Below, one piece after another: positions 37,401 through 49,400 of a DNA stretch of 64,000 nt (position 1 is the first letter of the stretch; the number at the start of each line of letters is the position of its first letter). The stretch is from Amoebophrya sp. A120 (Eukaryota > Protista > Dinoflagellata), in contig CAJINV010000008.1 in NCBI GenBank assembly GCA_905178155.1, positions 2,170,001 through 2,234,000 of the forward strand, read 5' to 3'. A program made the translations under genes and the position numbers. The notes below the pieces were generated by a model. That model was given only the letters and a program-made list of their open reading frames with translations. It was not told the DNA's origin and made no database searches.

Positions 37401-40400
37401 GGGATTTCCCCGAGGCCCATAGGGCGGGCGCTGGTTCTCCTCCTCGGGTGGTAAAGGCCCCCCTGGCTCGCAAGGTTCCGCCCTTTTCAGCCCGCCCCGG
37501 GGGGCCGGGTTTTTTTGAAGTCCCCCCGCTGGCCCCGTGTGTTTTGTCAATGAAGTGGCACGGCGGGAATTAAAATTTGGTAAGAGAGGGAATCAGACTT
37601 AGTAAACGGAATCAGACTAATGGAATCAGACTACAAGTGGAATCAGTCTAGTAGAATCAGAATAGTGAATAGAATCAAGATACTAGAATCAAGCTTATGG
37701 ATAGAATCAGGAGAAGCGGACTCTGAGTACGTCGGCGAATGTGGTGGCCGCGCATTCTCTATCGTATGCATTCGAGACGCTCTCTCCCTGCAGGCATCGC
37801 TTTGGTCCATCATGTCTTGCAGCTCCACCTGGTCGCGTTGGTCTCCTCGCAACTTCGCCCGCAGTTCTTGAATGCTGTGCGTTGCGATTCTACTTGGGGA
37901 CTTAGTTTGCATGTTGGGTATGTATGTCTGCTTAGCTGTTTCAGTTCGCTCCTCAGCGCACTTCATGCGCGACCACTTTAAAACACGCGCCAGGGGTTTG
38001 CTACTGGCGATCCCGGTTGACAAGGTGAAATGGAAATCTGAAGAATCCGAAAAAACCTGAAAGGTGGAAAAATAAGCGCCAACCATAGAAAAGAGAAACT
38101 AGAAGAACTACGCTTATCCACTGTGCTCCCTCGGTCTATTGCTTCTCTGTGCTCCTACTTCGCTGCGTTGCTTCTAGATTGCATCAAAAAAGCGCGCAAA
38201 AGTGCGATGCTTTGTGGGAGCCGAATTTCCGGACTTAGCCGCAAGACAGCTCCTTTTTGCGATTTTTGTTGAAAAATAGGGGGGAACTCTCGCAAATTTT
38301 TAAAAATCGGCCTCGTTTTCCGTGTTTTTACTTAGCGAAACCCGGGCGAGACAGGCCGAGGGGGATGATAGGCGCTGCCTCACAGCATTGCTCTGTACGC
38401 GCAGAAGCGCGGCGCTATATATGTGCCGCGGCCGCCGCATTCGATGCTCTCCATCCCGCCCTGCCTGTCCTGGTCTGTCCCCCCGCGCCCCGCCCCGGCT
38501 GCTTTGGAGCTGCGCTCCCGGCCTTGCAAACCGACTGACGGACCAGGCGGCCCCCCCGCCCGTTCGGTGGGCCGCCTAGAAAGTTGCTCAGGTTGGTACA
38601 TCGCCGCACGGGCCGGGGCCCGCCGTGCGTCGGTGCTTCGATTTTTGGGTGGGGCGACTCCACTCGCATTGCAAGTGGTCGGGGCCGCAGTGGCGCAGAT
38701 GTGTCGGCTGGGACTGCCCTGCTCCCCCAGGCGCCGCCCTCCGACCTAGGGGAAGCCACCTCCCCGAGGGCGCAGCCATCTGTATGTCGCAGCACGGCGG
38801 CTCCCGTAGGCTAGCGACCTGGCACCACCGGCGTATAGAGGTGGGCCGTGCCGGCGGCGAGGCAGGCTGTCTTCCCGGTCCTTGTGCGCCTGTGCGCAGC
38901 GCCTCCCGGCATGGGCGGCGGCGCCTCGCACTGCCCAGATTCTTTGACTATCGGAGGCGCCCACCCTCCCCTTTCTCATACTCGCGCAGGGCAGTATGAA
39001 AGGTGTCGAGGTGCGTGGGGGGGGGGAACGAAGACACGCCCGAGCAAATGGCGGGCGTGGGGCTTGTCGGGTGGGTGTTTAGCATGTGCACGCACGTTGG
39101 CCGTTTTTCCGTGGCTCTGCGTTTTCCCAGCAGCCGACCGCGCGTGGGCGCAAGCAACGCACGGACTGGATAGCAGAGCACTAGTTTGATTCCACTAGTC
39201 TGATTCCATTGGTAAAGCTGATTCCATTAGCCTGATTCCATGAATAAGTCTGATTCCGTAAATCCTTTAGTCTGATACCATCGACGACCAATTAAAAATT
39301 AGGGCTGTTTTCAGGGGCTTCGCAATTTCGAGCGCCGTGGAGGTTTCTTTGGTGTTTTCGCACCATGGTGGCCCGGAAGGTTTCGGGTAACAGTTTTGGC
39401 CTGTCTTTCACGGGGGCCCTCGGGTCTTCTGATTGGGTTGCGCAGACCCTGGTGTTTTGGCCAGTGTTGAAATTTGATCACCCGATCCCCGATCCGTTCT
39501 TTCGCAAGGCAATTGGCATTGGGCTTCTCGAAAATACCACCCGGGTTCCCGGTTATCTCGTATTCTATTTTGGACTTCTAAATGTGCTCGCTGTTTTGTT
39601 TTCTATTTTTCTGCGGGATTCGCGTGTTCGGCGGCTGTCGTTTCAGCTTCTATTTTTCGCGACACTGGGGATTTCCAAAGGAAATCCACCAAAGCGCGAA
39701 TTTAGAAGTTGAAAGACAGCCGTTGAAGCATGCAAATCCCGCAAAAAATAGAAAGCAAAATAGAAGCATGATTTAGAAGCAAAAATAGAATACGATTTAG
39801 AGCCCAAAAATAGAATACGAAAATAGAACATGGTTTAGAGTACGAAAATAGAACACGACTTAGCAGCGGAAATAGAGCACGAAAATAGAAACAAAAATAG
39901 AACGAAAATTAGCCGCAGAATTAGCACCGAAAATAGCCGCCCGCGAGGGGTGTTCCGTATGGGCAGAATTGGGTGGGGTTCCCGGTGGGAGTTTTTGTTT
40001 TCCGATTGGTTTTGGGGTTTGGGGTTTTGTCTTGTGGGAATTCACCCTGTCCGAGATTGCCGCTGCTGGCGTGATCCACATGCTGTGGGTGGCTTGCTTC
40101 CCATTTTGCTTTTTCCATTTTCCTGAAGCCCCTTGGCTGATTACTTTGCGATCTGGTGTGGCGCAGCTTGGGCTGTCGCTTTTTCGGGTTTGGGCCTTCG
40201 CTTGTTGTCCCGGGTCTCGGGGTTCGGGAAAATCCCGCAAAAATTAGCAGGAAATTAGCGGCCGCCGCCGCCCCGGGGTTTCTGACTGACGTGCCGAACT
40301 CCAAAAGACTCTGTCGCGCGTCCCCGGGCGTGAGATAGCTGCCGAACTCTCTACCGATTCTGATGGTATTGGGTGGCGAAAGTTCGACTTCCTTGGGGCG

Positions 40401-43400
40401 ATTGCGTACTACTCTAGGGAGCACAAGTCAGTGCGTGTGACCATGGAGGAGTATATAGAGAAAATTGCAAAGAAGTTCGCCGTGACATTAGGCAAGCCGG
40501 TACGTTCTCCGAATTTTGACGAGTCAGCTCTGACGGCAGAAGATCTTGAAGAGCTGAAGGACAACCCTCGCAGATCCGTAGTTGGTGCGCTGCAATGGAT
40601 CGCGACCCCTGCGCGTCCCGACATCTGTGTGCCGGTTTCTACTTTAGCTCGCTACGTGAGCAAACCAGCCACGAAACGGATCGCGTAGGTACGCCGGTAG
40701 AAAAGTGACTACGTTCCTCCTGACGACGCGTGAAGTGGGACTGTCGTACAGTCCAGCGGAAGAAGTGAAGTTCAATGAGATTTATCAGAAGATAGTGCCG
40801 GAGGGCAGGGACGTGCCGCGTCTGAGCCTGTTCCTTCTCTGCTGCTGGTTTCGTCAGGCGGACGGCCCGGGGCGGGGCAACGCGCTAAACGCCAGCTATT
40901 TTCTGGCTAAATTGAAAAGCCGAGAGGGCCATGGCCTGGCCCCAAGGCACGAACCCCCGGGCGCCGCGCCCACCGAGGGAGCGAGCTATTGTCTTCGGGG
41001 CCCCCGACACGCCCGAATCTCGGCAGTGGAAACAGGCGGGCCGGGCGCCCCGCGGCCCGAGAAGCCGCTTCGGAATGCTTCTGGCTAGAGCGCGGCGAGC
41101 TCCGCCCCAAGGGCCCGCTACTGAAAACTCCCCAGGATCCATTGTGAAAAAGTACAGGAGATTTCTTCCGGGCCGGAGGCGAGATGATGATCATCTCGCG
41201 AGATGGTGATCATCTCGCCTCCGGACCGGATAACTCTTCTCCTAAATTGGCCCCGGGAGGCCGAAAAAAAAACGGATAAATAAGCCGCTAAATATGCCGC
41301 TAAATGTCCGGATAAATTGGGTCCCCCGGGGGGTGCCCGAGGTGCCCCGGGGGGTGCCCAGGCAAAATTCCTTCCCATTTTCACTGTCCCCCTCATTTAT
41401 CCCAATATTTATCCCAATATTTATCCCGATTTTATCCGGAATTTATCCCCATACTTCTCCGGATATTTATCCGGATTTTCTTGGGAAAATAGCCTGAATT
41501 TATCCCAATATTTATCCCATTTTCGGCTGCCGGCCGCGGGGCCTCGGCCGCCAGCTGGCAATAGGATAAATCTTGGAATAAATATCAGGCAAGGGAGCTG
41601 GCCCTTGCAAAATTTAAAAATTCGAGGCGCAAACGCTTCGAATTTTTAAATTTTAAAACGGCCGAGGGTGATGCCGGGGTGGGGCGCTGCCGGAAGGCTG
41701 TCGCCCCGGGCCCCGCGGGAAGCCGCGACAGAGACCCGCCGCCCGGGTGCTCAATGCACGGCAGGGAACGTGGCCCGGCGCGCCTAAACGGCCAAGCCAC
41801 ACGGAGCAAAAAAGACGCGCGGCAAGCGGGCAGATTTATCCAGGTCAGAGCCGGAATCTACTCGGGAAACCCGCCCCGGGTCGTCCGCCTGAGGTTTCGC
41901 GAATTGTTTGAAGACGATGCGTCCTACCACTGGCTCGATTATGTACTACCGCGGTTGCCCGATCTGTTGGCGCAGCAATCGGCAGACTTTGCGCGCGTAT
42001 TCGACGGCGGAGAGCGAGTACGTCGCAGCCTCGGACACTATTGTGCTCAGTGAGCAGAACGATTTCGCTGACTTCTTTGCTCCTCTTCCTACCAAGATGG
42101 TAGAAACGCAGCACGGCTTATCCCCATCCCTGGTTGAAGCCATCTTGTGGGTGGGCAACCAATCCGCAATCGCTACGGCCAAAAGCACAGACACACAACC
42201 CAAGTCACGGCATTACGCTCTACGCTACTTGCGTGGGCGCTGCCAGTCGTATAGTCTTCTGCCCCACGCACCTGATGAAGGCAGACGGTCGGACTTACGA
42301 AGCTGGAATGCTCAGTCCCACGGCGCAAGCTGCTTTCGCATCACGTAGACAATCTCGTCGTCGCCTGTGCCTCTTCACGCCCCGACGTCCAGTCGGATGA
42401 TGAGGATGATTTTGATGCTTCTTGCTATACTAGTTTCTACGATGATAGTGGAGGAGCTTTAGTGTTGTACGCTGTAGACTTTGGATTCTAGCCCGCGGAG
42501 GGGTGTACGTGCGTCCTTTATATCAGAGGTATATCATGGGCAAGGCATAGGAAGACTCTTGGAGGCTTACAGACTGCAGCGATTGAGGAGGGGTGTTGGT
42601 CATGTGATCAGAACCCTACCGCAACCATGTCTGAAGCCTCTCAAGATGATCTGAGACGCCTGTTCCCAAATGAGCAAAGCAATGGGCTTGCCGCTTACGG
42701 GCTGAGTCCATTGGTTCCCAATACGATAGAAATGAGCAATCAATGGCCTTGCCGCTTACGGGCTGAGTCCATTGCTTCGGTTCTACTGTCACGGTCGTAT
42801 TGCTCTGTTCCTTACTTGATCACTTTAGTAGTTTGCCGCGAATCAATGGCCTTGCCGCTTACGGGCGGAGTCCATCGATTTGGTTTGGATTGCTCCCCTG
42901 GCTGTGCTTGGATTCCTATGATTTTGCTCATGCTTTGATGCGAATCAATGGTCTTGCCGCTTACGGGCTGAGTCCATTGATTCGCATGGATCTGAGTCCG
43001 AGCGGTCCATAGGAAGGCGATGAATTTGAATGACATTGAGCCCACAGGATGCAACGCAGCCAGAGGCTTTCGCCCTGTCTGCTGAGAGATTGAAGTGCTG
43101 GAATTGGTTGAGAGACCTGGTTAGGTAGAAGCTTTAGTCACTCAGTGTGGCAGGTGTGTTCAAAGTCCAACAAGTTCTGCTGTCCAAGTCCAAAAGTAGG
43201 AAAATCCAGTGGGGTTTTACACTACAAGGAGGCCGAAGGCTTCTCGGACATGATCCGGGGAGCCGGATTTCCTCCGGATTGATTCGGAACAGAATTAGAA
43301 GAAAACTAGAAAAGGAAGTAGAAGGGAAATGAAAAGGCAGAACCAGAAAGGACGTTAAGCGGCATTTTAGAAGGAAGATTAATAGTGTTAGTGGACTTGA

Positions 43401-46400
43401 GAACACTCGCACACACTTCCACGCGCTTGCTCCACTGAGCTCGTTAGCAGCAGCAGTGTCGTGAATTCTCTCCGTTGCAAGTAAGCAAGCAAGTGCCGCA
43501 AGTCTCTGGCTGCGTTACATCCTGGAGGCCCAATTCATCCAACTTCATCGCCTTCATATGGATCAAGCGGGCTCTGATTCATGCGAACCAATGGACTCAG
43601 CCCGTAAGCGGCAAGGCCATTGCTTCGAGGTAAAACATGAACAAAATCACAGGGATCCAAGTACAGCCAGGAGAGCAATCCGAACCAAATCGACGGACTC
43701 AGCCCGTAAGCGGCAAGGCCATCGATTCGGGCGAAACTACTAAAGCGATCAAGTAAGGAGCAGAGCAATACGAACTCGACATCGGGGCCGAATCAATGGA
43801 CTCAGCCCGTAAGCGGCAAGCCCATTGATTTGATCACTTCTATCGTATTCCGGCGACTTGATCTAGCTAGTTCAGGGCGTTCAGAGCTGTCACTTCGTTC
43901 GGGAATCAATGGACTTAGCCCGTAAGCGGCAAGCCCACTGATTTGATCATTTGGGAACAGGCATCATGTGGGGCGATCGTGTTGCGTGTGTGCGGGATCG
44001 ATTTCCATGACCAACAAAGAGAAAAGATCGCAGAAGGGAAAGCAGAAAGGATTTTAGAGGGGGAAACTCGACGGCTGTTTTGGAAGAGGAAACAAATTAG
44101 CCGAGAACTTTAGAAGCGAGCCAAAACTGGAAGGAAGTTCATTGTAGAAGGGAAAAGCAAAAGGGTCGGGGCGGGGCATCATGGGAAGCGTTCGCTGTGT
44201 GTCCGCATCTCTGGGGTGGGGCAGTTGTGCGGCCGGATGTCGTCAGTAGGGTGTTGCATATATTCGGGCGCTTGGGCGAGGAGGGTCGGGCGAGACTCAT
44301 CTCCACACGGTGGAAGGAGCTCGATTCGGCTTTGCCCGCCATCTGGGTGTTTCTTTTGTCTTTGGGCTGCTTAGGTTTCCCGCCTTTGGGCGACTTTATT
44401 TTGTTGGGCAACCTGCTCCGGAATCGGAAGCGTGAACAAATCGAAACACCGGAAAAGTAGCGAAGTTTTAGAAGCCAAGGCGGAGCGGGTGTCTCCCGCC
44501 TGGGCGTGCACCTAAAGGGCGGCGGTGGTCGATCGTGCTGCTGTGGGCCCCGTGTTCCGGCTACTCCGGATCGCAATCGGTGGAGGGCGGGACATGCACA
44601 GGCGACAGGCGCTATCCAGTCAACCAGGCAAGTTTTGCAATCTTCCAAGGCCAGACATATTTGCACTTGATAGTGGCGGGGCCTCACTACAACGACACGA
44701 GTGATGCATTGGTCATCTGTGGTGCCCACCTCTATGCCCCTGCGTCGGCTCTGAACGACGTACAAAGCCGACTCAATGTGGCGCGGTATGTGGAAACTCA
44801 AATTCCTGCTGCCCTGATGCACGGCGCGCAGTCGAGTAGTCTCTACGACACATATGCAGAACTTCCGTTGCAATATCGATACGGCAGGACCACAGAGTGG
44901 CAAGAGCACGAGCAAGAGAACCAGCAAGCAGGGGGAGGGGGAGGGGGAGGGCAACATGGAGGGCGTGTGCGAAATCTACTTAGCAATCTGGAATCAAATT
45001 GTTGGAATCACGTTGAAAGTGAATTCAAGTTAATGCAATCAAGTTAATGAAATCAAGTTAGCAATGAAATCAGGTTAGTGGGTAATAGAGTCAGGCTGTG
45101 CGTACTAACTTGCGCGCCTCATCTATCCACTGCAAAGATGTCTGGTTCTGGACGGTTGCAACATTTGTCATGCAAGTTGTCTGCCACGACGACGACCCAC
45201 AGCCTCTGCATGTGAGCGCTGCATCTTTTTCGATATTCATTTATATAGGTTGGTAAGAGAGGGAATCAGACCGAACAGATGGAATCAGACTAGTGCATGG
45301 AATCAGACTAGATGCGGAATCAGTTTAGTGGAATCAGAATAGTGAATAGAATCAAGACACTTGATGCAGACTTATGCGCTGAATCTGCATCCCCATCCGT
45401 CGTCGAATGAATGTGGTCGGTCATTGCGTTCTCTGTCGTATGCATTGGGCATGTTGATGATGCCCCCCTGCAGGCATCGCTGTGGCCCATCGCTTTCTCG
45501 TCACTTCATCTGTTGGCAGTGCGTGTTCGCTGCTGCGCTTCTATTTCAGGCGGGACTTGGCTTGCGTGCTCTGTATGTCTGCGCATCAGGCCACATCTAG
45601 ACGGAGGGGGGGCAAGGTTTTCATAGTATATCTCGCATAGAAATTGTTTTCGGCGATCCGTGGTGGTCAGCCCGGGCCAACTTCTATCACAGGCTCCGGA
45701 TCATTGTCGGCGCACTCGCTTCCTCATTCTCGCGACGGCACGACTGGCAGACCGCGCGCGTGTCATGGTTGGATGACGGGGGCGGGCCCTAGCAGGTACT
45801 ACATGCAGATGCCTTGTTTTTGGTTTCAGATGCCATTGCTTTCTTTTTTGGTCAGGCGTCCGGGCCCGGGCCATGTCAGCCGGTAAAGCTTTGGCAATAT
45901 TCCGGCAATTTTTTTCAAATGCCTAGGGGCGCCGCCGGCTTTCCGTCGTTATGTGTGCCGGGTCCTTTGGCCGTGGGTGCCGGTTTTGCCCCCGCCCCCG
46001 GCCGTGGTCTTTCCCAGTTTCTGGTCGTGCTCGTGGGCGCCTTGGCCGTGGCCAGTTATTTTCGGGCTGTTCGATGTTGGGTTTCGTGTATTTCGGGGCG
46101 TGGTGGTGTGAGGCGTGATGGTTCGGCTGCCCGTCGTTTTTGTTTTGTGGTTGAAAACCTCTCTCATATTCCGACCCGCAAGCCCTGCGCTCGTGTCGCC
46201 TCGTCATGCAATTCTGTCGGATCTGTCCTGAAAGGTCCGACAGAATTGCATGGCGGGACGAAATGGTCGCCATCTTCGTTTTACTCAAAACAGCCCGAAA
46301 CCGGCATGAACTGCAGCAAAAGCTGCAACTCATGCTGCAACTCATCGTGCAATTTTCGGCCGAACACCGTCCCGACCATTTTTGAAAAGCTGCAATTGGC

Positions 46401-49400
46401 GCTGCAGTTGGCCGTGCAATTTTCACGCAATTTCAGGTCCAGGTCCGAAAACAAAGCAAATGGCTTGGTTTTCGTACCCCCCCCTGAAATTGCAGCTTTT
46501 TTGCGCACTCAATTGCAGCGTCAGTTGCAGCTTTCCGAGAGTGGTGTGGGACAGTGTTCGGGACACTTTTTGCACAGTGAGTTGCGCACTTTTTGCACAC
46601 AAGTTGCACACTCTCCTGGGATATTGTCAAAAGTTGGGGGGCGAAAGTGATGCTGCATGTGGCGCGCCCGCGCCTGTTTCCTGGGGTTTCTTTCAGAAGC
46701 GTGCCGCCCATAGCTGGTTGGAAAAATGCGCGCAGGGTGGTGATGTCGCGCATACCCCCGATTGCCCCCCGCCGGTCTCCGGGGGTTGTCTGCAAAAGAT
46801 GTCTCCGCCCCAGGCGCAAGGCCCGGCCGCAAGGCGGTGTTGCGATGAAGATGCCCGCCTGCGCCGGATGGGTGTGTTGTGAGTGCCCGCGGGGCGCGTC
46901 GATCTGCGCAGCGGGGGGGCCTCTTTAGTCTATGTCTAGGCCCGCCAGGGTGCTGGTGTGCCTGTGTGTTGGCTCCTCACCTCTAGAAAGACGCCTGGGC
47001 CGCGTGAAAAATAAAACCCACCAGGGAAGGCAACAGCACTCCTACGCAGGCGCGGCCATAAAAACTGCAGCGCCTGCCTTGGCGCAAAAAAAACATGGCA
47101 AATCCCGACGGTATGCTGCGAATTTCTTGAGGGATTAGAACAGCGCTGAAGATCACCTATTTCGTGTCTACACAGCGTGGCTGATCTGCTCGGCGATACA
47201 GAAAAAATAAAGCTACGCCCGAGCTAGAGATACACCTACGGCGTGCCTCTCGTGCGGGCCCGAGCAAAATGCTGTCGGTTGGGCCCTCCCGCCGCCGCCT
47301 GCGCTCTTCTCCCTACGGGATCGGGCCCCAGTGGGGACAAAATAAAAAAAATGATGTGCGTGTTTTTTTAAAAGGCCGCGGCCGTTTTTTTTCTTTGGAT
47401 TTTTCAAAGAAAAAAAAAACTTGCGCGCCTCTTACATGGCGCGCGCGAAAGGCCCCGGCCTCTTCAGTGTGTGTCCAGGGGATTGGCGTGACTTTTGGGC
47501 TTGCGCCGTCTTGGTTGCCGATAGGACGCAAACCCTCGGGAGCCGCCGGCCTTTGGGGTGGTGTCTGCCGTTCGCATCGGGGGAATATTTGTGGCCCTTG
47601 ACCGCTGGCGCGGAGTGAGAGGGACGAACGCAAGGACGTTTTTGTCGTAAAAGCAGCACCTCCCGGCGCCGGAGGCTTCGAGGTGCACGCAGATCATGAC
47701 TCCGAAATCTGTGGGCATCTATCTTCGAAGCCCGCGGCGACGGGGCGCGCTTTTTTTACGACAAAAAATTCCACAATTTACGACAAAAAATCTAAAAAAA
47801 TTTAAAAAAATCAAAAAAAATTGCGTCGCAAGAAAAACCTTAGGGGTCTGCGCTACCTTGGGGAATTCTGCCATTTTTCGTCCCGCCCTTGTCATTTTTC
47901 TGACACGGACTTGACATGGATTCCGGATTATTTGTCGTAAGATTTCGCCGTCAAGATTCCGTTCTGAAAAATGTGGGTGGGACATTGTGTCTTGTCTTCG
48001 GTGGAGCCTGATGATGAAGGTCTTCTTGGTGTCTTGCAAGAACCTCGCGTGTGTCCTCCCAGAGGCCGGGGCCCGATCGGCGGGAGGGTTGGTTTCTCAC
48101 TTGCGTGGCGACACACCCGCGGCCCACCTCGGAGCCACGGAAGGGGCCGGCGGTTGGTCTTGGGCGCGCCTACCATTTCCTCATTCCGTTTTTTGCCCCT
48201 GATATTCCTCGGACGCCGGCGTGGTGCATGGCCGCGACATAGTTGGCCGATGGGCGTGCGCGCCTTCGCTTTTGCCTCACCCCCTTTTCGTTTTTGCCAA
48301 TTTTTTTTTTTCCGCTTTTTTCCAAACTTAAAAATCACGGCTATTATTTTTTATTTTATGGGCCCACTGGGGCCCGATCCCGTTGACTTCTCCCTCCGGG
48401 CGTCGTTCCAGCGTCCTCCGCTCAGTAGCCCGCGCCTACCTGTGCAGGCGAGCAGCGTCTTCATCTAGCTACTCCAGTAGTCCCCACGTCCCACCACCGC
48501 GGCCGACGCAGCAAGGCAAGCGCTTCTGGGGTTTCAAGCTCGTAGTGTAGGGCTCAGATTTTGACTTCTTCGAACCATGGGAGTGCCGCGGGATTCTTCG
48601 AGGGGAGTGTGGGCAAACCATGGGAGTGTGGGAAAGCCATCCGATCTCCTGGGAAAACCATGGGAGGTGGGAAAGCCATGGGATTGGCGTGGGAATTCTT
48701 CGAACAGGGCGGGGAGCGTTTTAGCCCCCGCGGCCGCAGCAAAACCATAGGCGGGCGCGCGGATTCGTCCTTCCGGGTGGTTCCGCGGGGCCGGTGCTAG
48801 CTGGGGCGACTAAAGCAGCAAAGCCAGCTCGCTGCTTTTTGGTATGGGTCTGGTTTCTTTTCTCTCGGACAATCCTCCAGAGTCAGGAGCGCTATCCCTT
48901 CCAGCTTCTGGGGACACATGGTGGCGACGGGTGTCATGAGCAGCATACATCACCCGAAAAGAGCCCGGCCATCAAGCACTCCTGTTGTCCCGTCCGAAAG
49001 GATGACGAGGGGAACTGCGGCCGCACTAAATTGATCGGCTACATTGGGTGCCCGAGTAGCGTGATGGACTATGAGCCGGCTGCGAAAGCTTTTCTTGAGC
49101 TTTGCCGCACGCGGTACGGCGCGCGCGGACCCTTCCCGGAGCATTGGGGCTGATGTCTGGGATGGCACCAAGTCCGTGAGTGAGAAAATGTTGGGCCGGC
49201 TCTACACGCCCGCAAAGGGGCTGGGGTTTTTACGGAGAGCGAAGGCTCGGAGGCCGAAGGCGAGAAGGAGGGGAGGCAGCCTGCTCCACCGCCTCGCGTA
49301 CTTAGATAGACTCGGGGGAGCGACCGCGCTTGGTGCGCGACCTGTGTCATCGTGTGAGAAATACGACACCAGCGAAAGTGCCAGGGAGGAAGAGGATTTC

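Larger units (their letters stand above)
31573..43172 (+). mobile_element. Ty1/copia LTR retrotransposon (copia-2), degenerate, with nested DNA elements
   Basis: LTRs TGTTGG...CCAACA at 31573-32188 and 42594-43172; perfect TSD AGTTC; PPT GAGGAGGGG; CYKCDDWGRHAWEC knuckle, VDSCAS protease, integrase fragments, RT LHKALYGLKDAPRAW and AVYVDD, RNase H remnant. Confidence 0.93.
29577..44672. mobile_element. Giant (15.1 kb) family B introner filled with nested TEs
   Basis: Left TATCGAGTGCACATATGCCTGGGTCTGAGAGATTGCAAAC pairs with right GTTTTGCAATCTTCCAAGGCCAGACATATTTGCACTTGATA; TSD GGGGC/GTGGC; the flanking exons join in frame and match the repeat at 53300-53400. Spans an N gap. Confidence 0.8.
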
